Of a DNA stretch of 64,000 nt, positions 16,635-26,030 are shown one piece after another. The stretch spans positions 1 through 64,000 of the IMG/VR virus record IMGVR_UViG_3300033076_001357, one strand, 5' to 3'. Position numbers and translations under genes: made by a program. Source of the DNA: a virus (Duplodnaviria > Caudoviricetes). How positions within the stretch are numbered: the stretch's first letter is position 1; each line of letters opens with the position of its first letter. The notes below the pieces were generated by a model. It was not told the DNA's origin and did not search any database. It saw only the letters and a list, made by a program, of their open reading frames with translations.

Positions 16635-17242
16635 TTCGTCCCTCCGTTCTCGCTCGCCACGCGAGCCTCGACCTCCGCGAGACGGTCGAGGCTGACCGCG
16701 CTGAAAACCGGCTGGCCCAGGTCGGCCAGCCGCCGGAAGACCCGCTGGACCCGGCCCACCAGCGCCTCGTGCTCCTGGGCCACCCGCTGGGACGCCCTGG
16801 CGGTGTTGGGCCGGGAGGCGTGGGTGCGGATCTTGATCACCCGGTACCACTCGGAGGGGTACAGCTCCTCACCGATCGGGTTTCCCCTGATCATGGTGAG
16901 GCTGTGGCCGACCGGGAAGCTGTCGGCGGTCAGGCTGAGGCTGGTCCACAGGCTGGCCCCCTGCTTCCTGCCTTCCTTCAGCACCTTGCCGGTGTGGAGG
17001 CTGACCGAGGTGATCCAGGTTTCCTCCACGTTCGGGCTGCGGGGGCCGTCGTGGACCGGCACCAGGTTCTCGACCCGGAACCTGGCCTCGCTGTCGTCCA
17101 GGTCCGTCAGCTGGCGTATCTGGCTGGCGTAGCCCTGCGCGTTCTCCTGCGCGTCGGCGCCCGTGAACACCGCCACGGTCTCGGTCAGTCCCCGGGGGCT
17201 GACGCGCAGCACCACCGAGACCCGCGTCTCTTCCGTCGACAT
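16631..17242 (-). CDS. Hypothetical protein
   Basis: AAGGA RBS; under promoter P15. Confidence 0.7.
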   Translation of the reverse strand: MSTEETRVSVVLRVSPRGLTETVAVFTGADAQENAQGYASQIRQLTDLDDSEARFRVENLVPVHDGPRSPNVEETWITSVSLHTGKVLKEGRKQGASLWTSLSLTADSFPVGHSLTMIRGNPIGEELYPSEWYRVIKIRTHASRPNTARASQRVAQEHEALVGRVQRVFRRLADLGQPVFSAVSLDRLAEVEARVASENGGTK

Positions 17243-17284
17243 CCGCTGGTCCTTTTCTGGCTGGGGGTTGTTGTCCTACAGACA

Positions 17285-17314
17285 AGTGTAGCACGGGGTG
17301 TTACGGGGTGGCAA
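17285..17314 (-). promoter_or_regulatory. Promoter P15 (TTGCCA-18-TACACT)
   Basis: Consensus match. Confidence 0.65.
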
Positions 17315-17945
17315 CTATCCCCCGACGCTGCTGGCGGACCCGGGCCACCGCCCGCCTCAGCCGCCGCAGACCGACCCCCCGCTCACCACCGCGCAACAGC
17401 ACCTTGAACATCTCGGGCTCCAGCAGGTCGATAAGCCGCAGCCCCGCCTCCACCCGCTCGACTCCACCCGACTCCACCCGCCACTGAGCGGCCACCGGTT
17501 CCCCGTCCGCCCCCTCGTTCGGCAGCAGCTGGACCGTCATCGACAGGTACGGGAAGGCCCCGGCGATACGCTTCAGGTCCTCCTCCACCTCGTCGCACTC
17601 GGGCCACTTACCGACGTTGAAGCTGCTGCACCCGACCGTTCCGTCCCAGTCGCACCAGCCGTGGGGGCCGCCGATCCAGCAGGACGAGATCCGGTGGTTG
17701 TCCAGGTACCTCAGACCGAGATAGCCCAGCTCCCCGTTGACCCTCTCGGCGTCGTCGAGGTCGTCCTCCCTGACCCCGAGGACCCCGTGGACCCTGCGGT
17801 TCCACTCCTGGTCGTTGGACCACAGCCCGTGAAGGTCGGTGGTGCGAATGATGATCTCGTCCGCCTGCTCCGGGGTGACCCGGTCGCCCGCGACCACCAG
17901 CCGGGGCCACTTGCCCAGGTAGACGTCGTCGAAGCTTACTGACAT
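17301..17945 (-). CDS. Conserved phage hypothetical protein
   Basis: AGGAGAGG RBS; Trp-rich WIGGPHGWCDWDG motif. Confidence 0.7.
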   Translation of the reverse strand: MSVSFDDVYLGKWPRLVVAGDRVTPEQADEIIIRTTDLHGLWSNDQEWNRRVHGVLGVREDDLDDAERVNGELGYLGLRYLDNHRISSCWIGGPHGWCDWDGTVGCSSFNVGKWPECDEVEEDLKRIAGAFPYLSMTVQLLPNEGADGEPVAAQWRVESGGVERVEAGLRLIDLLEPEMFKVLLRGGERGVGLRRLRRAVARVRQQRRGIVATP

Positions 17946-17962
17946 GACCGTTCGTTCCTCTC

Positions 17963-18352
17963 CTACCGGCTCGTGCTGGTCAGCGCCCGGAGGGCCTGGG
18001 GCCAGCTGGTGAACGTGACCGCCCGGTCGTCCAGGTAGGCCCGGGCGGGAAGCTTGCGGTTGGTGACCAGCAGCACCCCCATCTCGTTCCAGAACTTCAC
18101 CGGCTCACCGCCCCCACCCTCGCCGTCCACCCTCACCACGAACTCTTCGCCGCCTTCGCCCCGGGCGAAGGCGGCGAGAGCGGCGGCCACCTGGGCGGGG
18201 TCCCGGCTGGTGAGGATGAACACCGGCTCCCAGGCCATCAGCTCCCGCAGACCCTCCAGGGCACCAGGGAGCGGCCCGTCGTAGACGCTGCCGTCGAGCC
18301 ACCCGCTCCGATAGGCGTGGATAACCCCGTCGAAATCGACACCGATAGCCAC
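17963..18352 (-). CDS. HAD-superfamily phosphatase (PNK-phosphatase/nucleotidase-like)
   Basis: VDFDGVI motif I, LTSR motif II, YLDDR motif IV. Confidence 0.85.
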   Translation of the reverse strand: MAIGVDFDGVIHAYRSGWLDGSVYDGPLPGALEGLRELMAWEPVFILTSRDPAQVAAALAAFARGEGGEEFVVRVDGEGGGGEPVKFWNEMGVLLVTNRKLPARAYLDDRAVTFTSWPQALRALTSTSR

Positions 18353-18421
18353 CGCTTCCTCCTCATTCCTTGTGTGTCTACAGCCGCCGCCCCCGGCTGC
18401 GCAGCCGGGGGCGGCGGTGGC

Positions 18422-18592
18422 TCAGTGAAACCTGATCAGCAGGTACAGGGTGACCACCAGGGCACCCAGACCCGCCAGGACGCTGACGGCGGCGACGAGC
18501 AGGGCCGTGGCCACGGCTCGGGCCACCCGCCTCCCCCTTCCTCCCTCTTCCTCACCGACGGCGCCACAGACGCCGCAGGAGTAGCTGGTCAA
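18422..18592 (-). CDS. Small single-pass membrane protein
   Basis: C-terminal hydrophobic helix; TTG overlapping upstream stop. Confidence 0.5.
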   Translation of the reverse strand: MTSYSCGVCGAVGEEEGGRGRRVARAVATALLVAAVSVLAGLGALVVTLYLLIRFH

Positions 18593-19134
18593 CTCGTTAC
18601 TCTCCCCTCTCGTATCCCGGCCGAAGGAGCCGGGTTCTGGGCGATCACGGCCGCGATACCCGACAGCGACGGCACCGAACGGCAACGGCGCCTGCTGGCG
18701 GGGGTGAGGCACCAGGAACCGGCTGGTTCCAGACGCAGACCCAGGCTCTTGTTCTTCGGCTTGATCCGGCCGGACCACATCAGGTGGTACAGCCACCTGT
18801 CGCCCGAGGAGACGAACCGGTCGGCGTCGGACAGGCAGCGCTCGGCCAGCTCGGGCGGGGTGAGCCTGCGCCCCGTCTCCACTATCACCACGTCCAGACC
18901 CGACCCGTTCTCCCCCGCCCGGCTGAACCCCACCCGAACCGGCCAGCCGTTGCGGACCGCGTGATCCGCCAGGTCCCGGGCCGCCCGGGGCAGTCTACGG
19001 CCCCCGGATACCCCGTCCCGGGCTTCCGTGGTATCTTCCGCCGCCTGAGAGGCCGTCTCCGGGCCCGAGGACCGGCCCGCCTCTTCCAGGCGGCGGGAGG
19101 GGCCTTTCCGCCCCTCCCGCTTCTTCGCACTCAT
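18589..19134 (-). CDS. Hypothetical protein
   Basis: Start MSAKKR immediately after the helicase stop. Confidence 0.6.
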   Translation of the reverse strand: MSAKKREGRKGPSRRLEEAGRSSGPETASQAAEDTTEARDGVSGGRRLPRAARDLADHAVRNGWPVRVGFSRAGENGSGLDVVIVETGRRLTPPELAERCLSDADRFVSSGDRWLYHLMWSGRIKPKNKSLGLRLEPAGSWCLTPASRRRCRSVPSLSGIAAVIAQNPAPSAGIREGRVTS

Positions 19135-19139
19135 CGTAG

Positions 19140-20972
19140 TTACCGCCAAAACTTCGAGAAGTCGGCCAGGTGCCCGCTCATCGGGTTGGCGCTCCAGGCG
19201 ATGGACCGCGCCCTGTCGTCCGAGATGATCACCCGTCCGTCGTCCTCCACGGTACGGACCAGCCGACCCACCCCCTGGACCAGCTGCTGTATCATGTCGT
19301 CCAGGTACACCTGGTACCCGAACCGGTTCTGGACCGCCCTGGTCTCCAGCGTGGGAACCCCGTAGGGGAGCTTCCACAGCACCACCTGGCGGAGCGCCGG
19401 ACCGGGGACGTCCACACCGGTCCACAGGCCCCGGGTACCGACCAGCACCGCGTGACCGTGAGCCGCGAACTCGGCCAGCATCTCCGCCGTGTCCGCCGCG
19501 TCCGTCCGGTGCTGCGTGAGCACCGGGATGCCGGAGGGCAGGTTGGCCGCCAGGAACCCCGCGACCAGGTCCAGGTCACGCCACGAGGTGGTCAGCACCA
19601 GCGTCCCCCCGCCGCCCTGGTCGTGAGAACGGGACGCCATGTCCACGACCGCCCCCTTCAGCTCCGTGAGCCGGGGAAGCTCGTGGTCCCGGATCTTCGG
19701 GCTGAAGGAGGACACCGCCAGGACGCTCCTGGAGTAATCGAACGGCGTACCCACGTCCTGGAACGCGGTCTGCGAGGACCGGGAACCGGTCAGCCGCCGG
19801 GCCAGGCTGGGCGGCACCGTACCCGAGATCAGCACGCTGGGCTGGCCCGACAGGATCGGCCACACCGTACCCGACGCGTCGATGCACAGCCGGTTCAGGT
19901 ACGGCTTGAGACCGCCCGGGTACATGTCGTCCGGCTCCACCACGATGGAGCTGACGAAGTCGCCCCCGCCCCCGTCGCCGTCGCCGACAGGCGACGGCGA
20001 CGAGAAGTCCACGAACCGGTCCAGAGCCTTGATCCGCTTCTTCAGCGTCTTCTTCAGCGCCGGGTCGCCCAGGGCGACCACCTGGTCCAGCTCCCGGCCG
20101 AGCTGCTGAGACAGGGCCACGGCCTCCTGGCGCATCTGCCGCAGCTCCGGATCGTCCGGGTCGACCGCAGCCTCCCGCTGGTCCGACGACAGGCACGCCT
20201 CGGTGACCTGCCGCATCACCCACTTCCGCAGGTCCGGGACCTCCTCGTACACCTTCGCGTTGGGCCCCATACGGTCCGACAGGCACCCCCGGGCCACCGC
20301 GTCCAGCTCGTGGCACTCGTCGACGAACAGCGCCCCGTAGTGGGGCAGCAGCCGCGACGACCCGGCGGTGAAACCCTGAACCAGCTGGTCCCACACCAGA
20401 AGGTGGCCGTTGGTGACCACCACGTCCGCCGTGGACGCCCGCTTGCGGGCCAGCTGGACCCCGCAGGTATGCTCCTCGTTCTCACAGTCGCCCGAGCACC
20501 CGAACGATTCGTCCAGGCCAGGGTGCTGCGCCCACTCCAGCGCACCGTCGGCGGTCAGCTCCCGGAACCGCTTCGCCGCCTCACGCCCGAACCTGGTCTC
20601 GAACCCGAAGGAGTCCGAGCACAGATACCGCCCCCTTCCCTTCAGGTACTGGATGTCCGCGCCCGAGGCGGCGGCGATACGCGGGGCGTCCTTCACCACG
20701 TACTGGTCGATCAGCCGGTTGGTGGGACACACCACCACCGAGGGCCGGTCGGTGACACGCCGGGCCTCGATGGCCGTGGACAGCGCGGCGAACGACTTTC
20801 CCACGCCGGTACCGGCCTGGACGAACTGGACACGGTCGCGGGCCACCGCGTCGCGGGCGAGATCGACCAGCTGCTGCTGCTGGACGCGAGGGGCCAGACC
20901 GAGCTGGGCCATCGCCTGCTCGAACACCCGCTGGTGCTCGGCTGACGAGGCGTCGGCATCGAACCTGAGCAT
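19140..20972 (-). CDS. DinG/YoaA-like SF2 helicase
   Basis: AGTGVGKS Walker A; VDECH; Cys cluster (CSD..CSGDC..C); ISGT; LWTGVDVPG; QGVGRLVR. Confidence 0.88.
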   Translation of the reverse strand: MLRFDADASSAEHQRVFEQAMAQLGLAPRVQQQQLVDLARDAVARDRVQFVQAGTGVGKSFAALSTAIEARRVTDRPSVVVCPTNRLIDQYVVKDAPRIAAASGADIQYLKGRGRYLCSDSFGFETRFGREAAKRFRELTADGALEWAQHPGLDESFGCSGDCENEEHTCGVQLARKRASTADVVVTNGHLLVWDQLVQGFTAGSSRLLPHYGALFVDECHELDAVARGCLSDRMGPNAKVYEEVPDLRKWVMRQVTEACLSSDQREAAVDPDDPELRQMRQEAVALSQQLGRELDQVVALGDPALKKTLKKRIKALDRFVDFSSPSPVGDGDGGGGDFVSSIVVEPDDMYPGGLKPYLNRLCIDASGTVWPILSGQPSVLISGTVPPSLARRLTGSRSSQTAFQDVGTPFDYSRSVLAVSSFSPKIRDHELPRLTELKGAVVDMASRSHDQGGGGTLVLTTSWRDLDLVAGFLAANLPSGIPVLTQHRTDAADTAEMLAEFAAHGHAVLVGTRGLWTGVDVPGPALRQVVLWKLPYGVPTLETRAVQNRFGYQVYLDDMIQQLVQGVGRLVRTVEDDGRVIISDDRARSIAWSANPMSGHLADFSKFWR

Positions 20973-21014
20973 CGTACGTTCCTTCCTCTTGTCGGGCTGT
21001 TGACTGCCGCGCCG

Positions 21015-21425
21015 TTACGGCGCGATGATGGGGCTGACCTCGTCGACCGAGACGAGGTGGACCGACGGCTCCTGGTCGACGGCCGGACCGGCCGACGGGT
21101 CGGGGGCCTTGGCGTAGATGTTGAAGCCGTCACCGTCCGGGGCGGCGCGGACCGACCACTCGAACTTGTCCCACCAGTCGTGGGCGCGGACCCGGTCGCG
21201 CACCTGACGCGCGGAGCCACGGGTGGCGTGGCCCTGCGAGATCAGGGCCCACTGGCCCGGGTACTCCGCGCGCAGCTTGGCTGCCAGCGCCTGGCGGTAC
21301 TTGAACAGCTGGGACGAGGAGGCCTTACGGGAGACGACCTCCGACGTGTTCACGATCTGGACTTCCACCGGTACCTCCGGAACGGGGCCACCGCTTGTCG
21401 GTGGCGCATGGTACCAGTCTACCAT
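21015..21425 (-). CDS. Hypothetical, possible DNA-binding protein
   Basis: ORF between the helicase and the origin-like region. Confidence 0.6.
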   Translation of the reverse strand: MVDWYHAPPTSGGPVPEVPVEVQIVNTSEVVSRKASSSQLFKYRQALAAKLRAEYPGQWALISQGHATRGSARQVRDRVRAHDWWDKFEWSVRAAPDGDGFNIYAKAPDPSAGPAVDQEPSVHLVSVDEVSPIIAP

Positions 21426-21429
21426 AAGA

Positions 21430-21830
21430 GGTCCCCCAGCACAACTATGAGAATTACTTCAACTGATAGTAACCATATGATAACCAGCCAAGATGCGTGT
21501 ACCCTACACGGAACACTGGAACACCCCTCCGGCGAGAAAGCCTCGTACGCGTACGCGCGAGCACGTACGCCCACACACGTACGTAAAAAGCCTATATATC
21601 CTGTGGGTGTTCCAGTGTTCCATAGCCTCTGACCGGCCACGCTTATGGAACACCCCCTATGTTCCAGGGGGTGTTCCAGAGGGGGTGTTCCGGTGTTCCA
21701 GTAACAGACAGTAGCAGCTCGTCACAGCGAGCAAATGATAATTAGATAACTCCTTGTTACTGGAACACACCAGGGAGTTACTGGAACACCGCTGGAACAC
21801 CGGGGGTGTTCCAGGAGTGTGCCAGGAGAG
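21430..21830. other. Probable replication origin with GGAACAC/GTGTTCC iterons and AT-rich segments
   Basis: At least 12 copies in both orientations; 17-bp perfect inverted repeat 21510-21526 / 21605-21621; non-coding; next to primase-helicase. Confidence 0.65.
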
Positions 21831-21942
21831 CCGTACTAATCTGTCGTAGCACGGGTGCGGCATAATGGAGCAGTTAGTGCGGTTACTCTTCGTAGGAAAC
21901 TAGGGGGGGCTCGCTGGCCCCCTCGGACCCCGGACACACAGC

Positions 21943-22045
21943 GAGGCCGCCGGAGGGGTCTCCGGCGGCCTCGTAGGGGTCTCCCGGCGCCCAGGCCGTA
22001 CCCGGGGCCGTACGCTTGCGGGAGATACCGTCCCGGGCCGGGACG
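21943..22045. repeat. Duplicated element, copy 1 (35-bp hairpin plus 41-bp block)
   Basis: Identical to 25118-25152 and 25180-25220. Confidence 0.85.
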
Positions 22046-22073
22046 GGGTATCCGGGCGGCAGCCGCCCGCTGG

Positions 22074-24803
22074 CTACTCCGTGGCGCGGTCCCGGATCAT
22101 CTGTGAGTACTTGATGGGGATCTCCCGGTACCGCAGCCTGCCGCCGTCCGACAACCTGACCGGCTTACCGCTTCCCGAACAGCCGATGTTGGTGAGTTCG
22201 GACTGGATGGCGTCCTCGCTGGTCAGCGACTCGGTGCGGGAGTCGCGTTCCTTGCGGTCCTTCCAGCAGTCGGCCATCCTGGACACGTTCACCCAGAACG
22301 TCTCGGTCACCGCGTCCCAGAACACCGGCACGTTGACACCCGGGCTGGTCTTACGGTTGGTGACGTCGTTCATCCGGGTCTCGGGGAACAGGTGGGACCG
22401 CCACAGGGTCGGGATCATCTGCAGCACCACCACGCTGGCGTTGCCGAGGTCCTCCTGGTCCCCGATCCAGTTGCGCACCCGGTCGACGTGGAACCCGTCA
22501 CCGGTGAGCTTGTCCAGCACCATGGCCCCCATCAGTATCAGGCTGTCGGTCTGGGACCTGCGGGACGAGGTCTTGTTCAGCCCCTTGAGCTGGCTCAGCA
22601 TCGGGGCCAGTTCGATGATACCCGCCACCAGCGAACCCGCGATCTGGGTGTAGTCGCGGTTGAACCTGCCGAACCACAGTTCCTGGACGTCGTCCCACTG
22701 GGGTCGGGTGGGGTCCTTGAAAGACATCCGTCCCTTGGGGTCGGGGAAGTGCACCGCCACCATGCGGTCGCGGTTGGCCTTCTGGCTGTTGAAGAAGGTT
22801 CCCAGGCCTTCGGACGAGATGGCGGCGCTGGCCCGGAACCTGGTCACCTGCAGCTTGGACAGGTCGGACACGTCCCGGTTGGTGGCGTCGCCCCCCGTCG
22901 CCGCCTGCCGCAACAGCTCCTGGATGTCACCGGCCAGCCCGTCGCAGTCGTCGAACCACACGATGCCGGACGCGTTGGCGCCCAGCGCGGTCCTGGCCGT
23001 GGCCTTGGTCCAGCCGCCGCCCGTGCCGGTGTGCCCGACCAGCGAGAACACCTGCTCCAGAAACTTGGACTTACCGGACTCGGCGGTCCCGTCCACCTTC
23101 AGGATGGGAAACACCGGCAGGTTCAGGTGACCGCGCAGCACGGACATCACAGCCCAGGACCCGACCACGGAGGCCGCTGTCTCGTCGTGGAAGGTCAGCA
23201 CCTCCCGGAACACGTCGACAGCGCCCCTGACGCCGACGACGGACCCGTACCGGCTGCGGGAGTGCTCAATGGCGAACTTGGTGGGGCGAACCTTGGTGAA
23301 GGGCTCGATGGCGGACAGCCCCGGGGTGATTACCCCCTGGTCCGCCACGAACACCCCAGCCTTCTCGTTCCACCCAAGGTGGCTGACGATCTCGCACCGG
23401 GGCGGGTTCTGCGACATCAGCAGAGCCTGCATCCGGGTACCAGCGTCTCCCTTGTCGGTATTGTTGGGGTTGTTGTACCGCAGCAGGCCGCCGTGGCCCA
23501 TGACCCACCGTTTCAGAGCGGCGTTGTTGGCGAGAACGTCGGAGGTGATCTCCCGGTCCCGCTTGACTGTGCCGTCCTTGGTGATGAAATCCACGATCCA
23601 GGTGATGACCCCGTCGTCCTCGTAGACGCTGGTGGCCCGCAGCTTGAAATCGCTGAATACTGCGGTGAGGGCCTTGTGCTGCCTACCCTCTTCGTCGACG
23701 TACGATTCTCTGATCAACGCCTCGTATCCAAACTCCTCGATGCGGTCACGAAGGTGACCGTTGTCTTCAGAGAAGTCCAGAACAACGCTGCTGTCAACCT
23801 TGACGGGGCCGGACGGCACCTCCACCACCGTACCCAGCCGGGTAGACGCGGCCAGGTTGAGGTGGGCCACGGCCTTCCGGTCGGGGTGGTTCTTCCGCTC
23901 CAGCTTGAAGATGGACCCCCACGTCGCCTCAAGGCGGGAGGACTCGTGGGGCTGGTCGGACATCATGTCTACCGCCCGGACGAACCCGATGGCCTCGTCC
24001 TCCTGGAGAAGCCCGGCGGCCACGGAGGGGGCCAGCATCCCGCAGATCCGGGCCAGCCAGTCGTTCCCCCGGTCCGGGTCGTCCGACATCAGCTCCAGCA
24101 GAGCCTTCTTGGACCGGCTGGAACCGTCGGCGGACGACCGGCCGGTCTTGGCGGCGACCAGAGACCACGCCTCGGGGTTGTCCACCCACAGGTCGGGGAG
24201 GAAAGTAAGGTCGTCGGCTCGCGGGGGCGCGCTGGCCTCCTCCCCCTCCGGGGTGAACCACTGGTACCGCAGGCCGTCCTCGTCGATCACGGAGGGCCAC
24301 ACCACCGAGTACCGGTGGCTGAACTGGATGACGTCGATGTCGGTAGCGGCCTTGGTGGGCCACTGCCTGCCGGGGGGAACCCGGTAGAACCTGATGCGGG
24401 AGTCGCCCCACCCCCGGCGGGTCGACGACCAGGTGGGCGGCAGGGGGCACACCCTGGCCTCCAGCTCGGCCAGCTGGTCCGCGCCCCGTTTGGCGCCGTA
24501 GTGATCGACGTCGATTCCGACGACCCCGTCGGGGAGGCGCAGTCCGATGTTGCCGGACCAGGTGGCCACGTCTCCGGCGGCAGGCCAGCGCCCGTCGTAT
24601 CCGGTGTACCCGTTGGGGGGCGGGGACTTCTTGCCCGAGGGAAGTACGATGGTTCCGGACCAGCCCGCCTGTCGGTACAGGTCGGCCGCTCGCTGGAACG
24701 GGGTTTGCTCTTCAGGCACCTCTGTGTTAGACTCGGAGCGGGTGATCGGATGGTCAGGGCCCAGCGGAGGACGGATCCGCTGGGCCTCATTCATTTCTGT
24801 CAT
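22074..24803 (-). CDS. Bifunctional primase-polymerase (prim-pol) fused to P-loop helicase-like domain
   Basis: KKSPP, GNIGLRL..GVVGIDVD, TWSSTRRG, RFYRVP; C-terminal GTAESGKS, VWFDD. Confidence 0.85.
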   Translation of the reverse strand: MTEMNEAQRIRPPLGPDHPITRSESNTEVPEEQTPFQRAADLYRQAGWSGTIVLPSGKKSPPPNGYTGYDGRWPAAGDVATWSGNIGLRLPDGVVGIDVDHYGAKRGADQLAELEARVCPLPPTWSSTRRGWGDSRIRFYRVPPGRQWPTKAATDIDVIQFSHRYSVVWPSVIDEDGLRYQWFTPEGEEASAPPRADDLTFLPDLWVDNPEAWSLVAAKTGRSSADGSSRSKKALLELMSDDPDRGNDWLARICGMLAPSVAAGLLQEDEAIGFVRAVDMMSDQPHESSRLEATWGSIFKLERKNHPDRKAVAHLNLAASTRLGTVVEVPSGPVKVDSSVVLDFSEDNGHLRDRIEEFGYEALIRESYVDEEGRQHKALTAVFSDFKLRATSVYEDDGVITWIVDFITKDGTVKRDREITSDVLANNAALKRWVMGHGGLLRYNNPNNTDKGDAGTRMQALLMSQNPPRCEIVSHLGWNEKAGVFVADQGVITPGLSAIEPFTKVRPTKFAIEHSRSRYGSVVGVRGAVDVFREVLTFHDETAASVVGSWAVMSVLRGHLNLPVFPILKVDGTAESGKSKFLEQVFSLVGHTGTGGGWTKATARTALGANASGIVWFDDCDGLAGDIQELLRQAATGGDATNRDVSDLSKLQVTRFRASAAISSEGLGTFFNSQKANRDRMVAVHFPDPKGRMSFKDPTRPQWDDVQELWFGRFNRDYTQIAGSLVAGIIELAPMLSQLKGLNKTSSRRSQTDSLILMGAMVLDKLTGDGFHVDRVRNWIGDQEDLGNASVVVLQMIPTLWRSHLFPETRMNDVTNRKTSPGVNVPVFWDAVTETFWVNVSRMADCWKDRKERDSRTESLTSEDAIQSELTNIGCSGSGKPVRLSDGGRLRYREIPIKYSQMIRDRATE

Positions 24804-24834
24804 TGCGCCATCCCGTCGGATAGTTGCGATAACG

Positions 24835-25035
24835 TTATGGGCGGTCTTCTGTCAGATCGTCCAGGGAGCAGCCCAGGGCTTCGGCCAACCGGACAGCGTT
24901 TCTCAGGGTCGGTGTGTGTCTTCCGTTGACCCAAGCGGACACGTCGGGTCGATGGGACCCAATTTTACGGGCCAGACCTGACACGGTAACGCCCTTGCGG
25001 GCCATGGCCCTTCTTACTGCCGTCCTGTTCAGCAT
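24835..25035 (-). CDS. XRE/Cro-family HTH regulator
   Basis: TVSGLARKIG...VSAWVNGRHTP...LAEALGCSLDDL; AAGGAGG RBS. Confidence 0.9.
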   Translation of the reverse strand: MLNRTAVRRAMARKGVTVSGLARKIGSHRPDVSAWVNGRHTPTLRNAVRLAEALGCSLDDLTEDRP

Positions 25036-25075
25036 CAGTCATCACCTCCTTGTGACGGACGGGGCGTGAGAGAAT

Positions 25076-25102
25076 CCTACACCTGCGTAGGGGCGGTCCT
25101 AC
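25076..25102. promoter_or_regulatory. Candidate operator CCTAC-N6-GTAGG-N6-CCTAC overlapping a -10 (TAGGAT) on the minus strand
   Basis: Alternating inverted pentamers between two XRE genes. Confidence 0.5.
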
Positions 25103-25117
25103 ATTTTTTCTACGGGG

Positions 25118-25220
25118 GAGGCCGCCGGAGGGGTCTCCGGCGGCCTCGTAGGAGCAGGACGGCCCCGGGAGGCCCGGGCGGGCCGTACGCTTGCGGGAGA
25201 TACCGTCCCGGGCCGGGACG
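25118..25220. repeat. Duplicated element, copy 2
   Basis: Identical blocks to 21943-21977 and 22005-22045. Confidence 0.85.
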
Positions 25221-25223
25221 AGC

Positions 25224-25472
25224 CTACTCCGTGGGAGCGGGAGCCGCCGGGGGGTTCCGCCGGATCACCAGGTCGTCCAGGGAGCAGCCCAGCGCGTCGG
25301 CCAGGTTGGTCATGGACGCCACGGTAGGGGTGCGTCGGCCGTTCTCCCAGCCTGACACCAGCGTACGGTCGGTGCCCACCATGCGGGCCAGCTTCGACAC
25401 CGACAGCGGGTTGCCGTCCGCGTCCTTCAGGTCCTTGCGGAGCCGGGTCATGGCCTCCGGGTTGAACGTCAT
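25224..25472 (-). CDS. XRE/Cro-family HTH regulator
   Basis: SVSKLARMVG...VSGWENGRRTP...LADALGCSLDDL; AGGAGG RBS. Confidence 0.9.
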   Translation of the reverse strand: MTFNPEAMTRLRKDLKDADGNPLSVSKLARMVGTDRTLVSGWENGRRTPTVASMTNLADALGCSLDDLVIRRNPPAAPAPTE

Positions 25473-25553
25473 CAGATTACCTCCTAAATGGGAAGGGCCG
25501 CCCCTCCCCTGGAGGGGGGAGGGGCGGCCCGGGGGTAGTGACGGCGGGAACCG

Positions 25554-26030
25554 TCAGAAGAGGGGCTTGTTCTCGGCGGCCGGGGTGGCCGCCGGAGCGG
25601 CGGAGAGCGAACTGCCGTTGGAGGCCAGGCCGACTCCGACGGGACCGTCGAGCGGCAGGAACTCCTGGATCTTGCTGCTGATCTTGCCCGCGTGGGCGCC
25701 CTTCTGGGTCACCTCGTGTCCGACCTGGGCCCGGATCTTGCGGCCCACCAGTTCACCGGTGTCGGTGTTGACCGGAACGCCGAAGGCGGCGAACACGTTC
25801 TTGAGCTTGAAGTACGCAGCCTCGGAGAGGCTGGTGTTCTCCCACAGCTTGCGCCCGGAGAACGGGCCGTCGACGACCTGGAACGACCACTTCCAGTACG
25901 GGCCCTTCTCGCCCTCCTTGACGGCCACGTCCTCGACCAGCTGGATGACGTAGATGCCGGGGTCGATCGGCTTGAAGCCGTCCTCGGCCGCCTCGACCTT
26001 GTTCGCGACGTCGTCGTTGAGACGGGGCAT
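25554..26030 (-). CDS. DUF669-like single-stranded DNA-binding protein
   Basis: GFKPIDPGIY...FQVVDGPFSGRKLWE...KLK; PF C-terminus; start MPRLND. Confidence 0.8.
   Translation of the reverse strand: MPRLNDDVANKVEAAEDGFKPIDPGIYVIQLVEDVAVKEGEKGPYWKWSFQVVDGPFSGRKLWENTSLSEAAYFKLKNVFAAFGVPVNTDTGELVGRKIRAQVGHEVTQKGAHAGKISSKIQEFLPLDGPVGVGLASNGSSLSAAPAATPAAENKPLF

Noticed and set aside
13773-17132. Very long plus-strand ORFs (this 1119-aa one; also 9423..12224, 22392..24929, 19170..20945, 52918..54522, 55515..57191, 2630..4075)
   Set aside because: Antisense shadows of recognisable minus-strand genes in high-GC DNA; no motifs, RBS or promoters
21500-21815. GGAACAC repeats as a CRISPR array
   Set aside because: Units are 7-10 bp, in both orientations, with irregular spacing and no spacer structure
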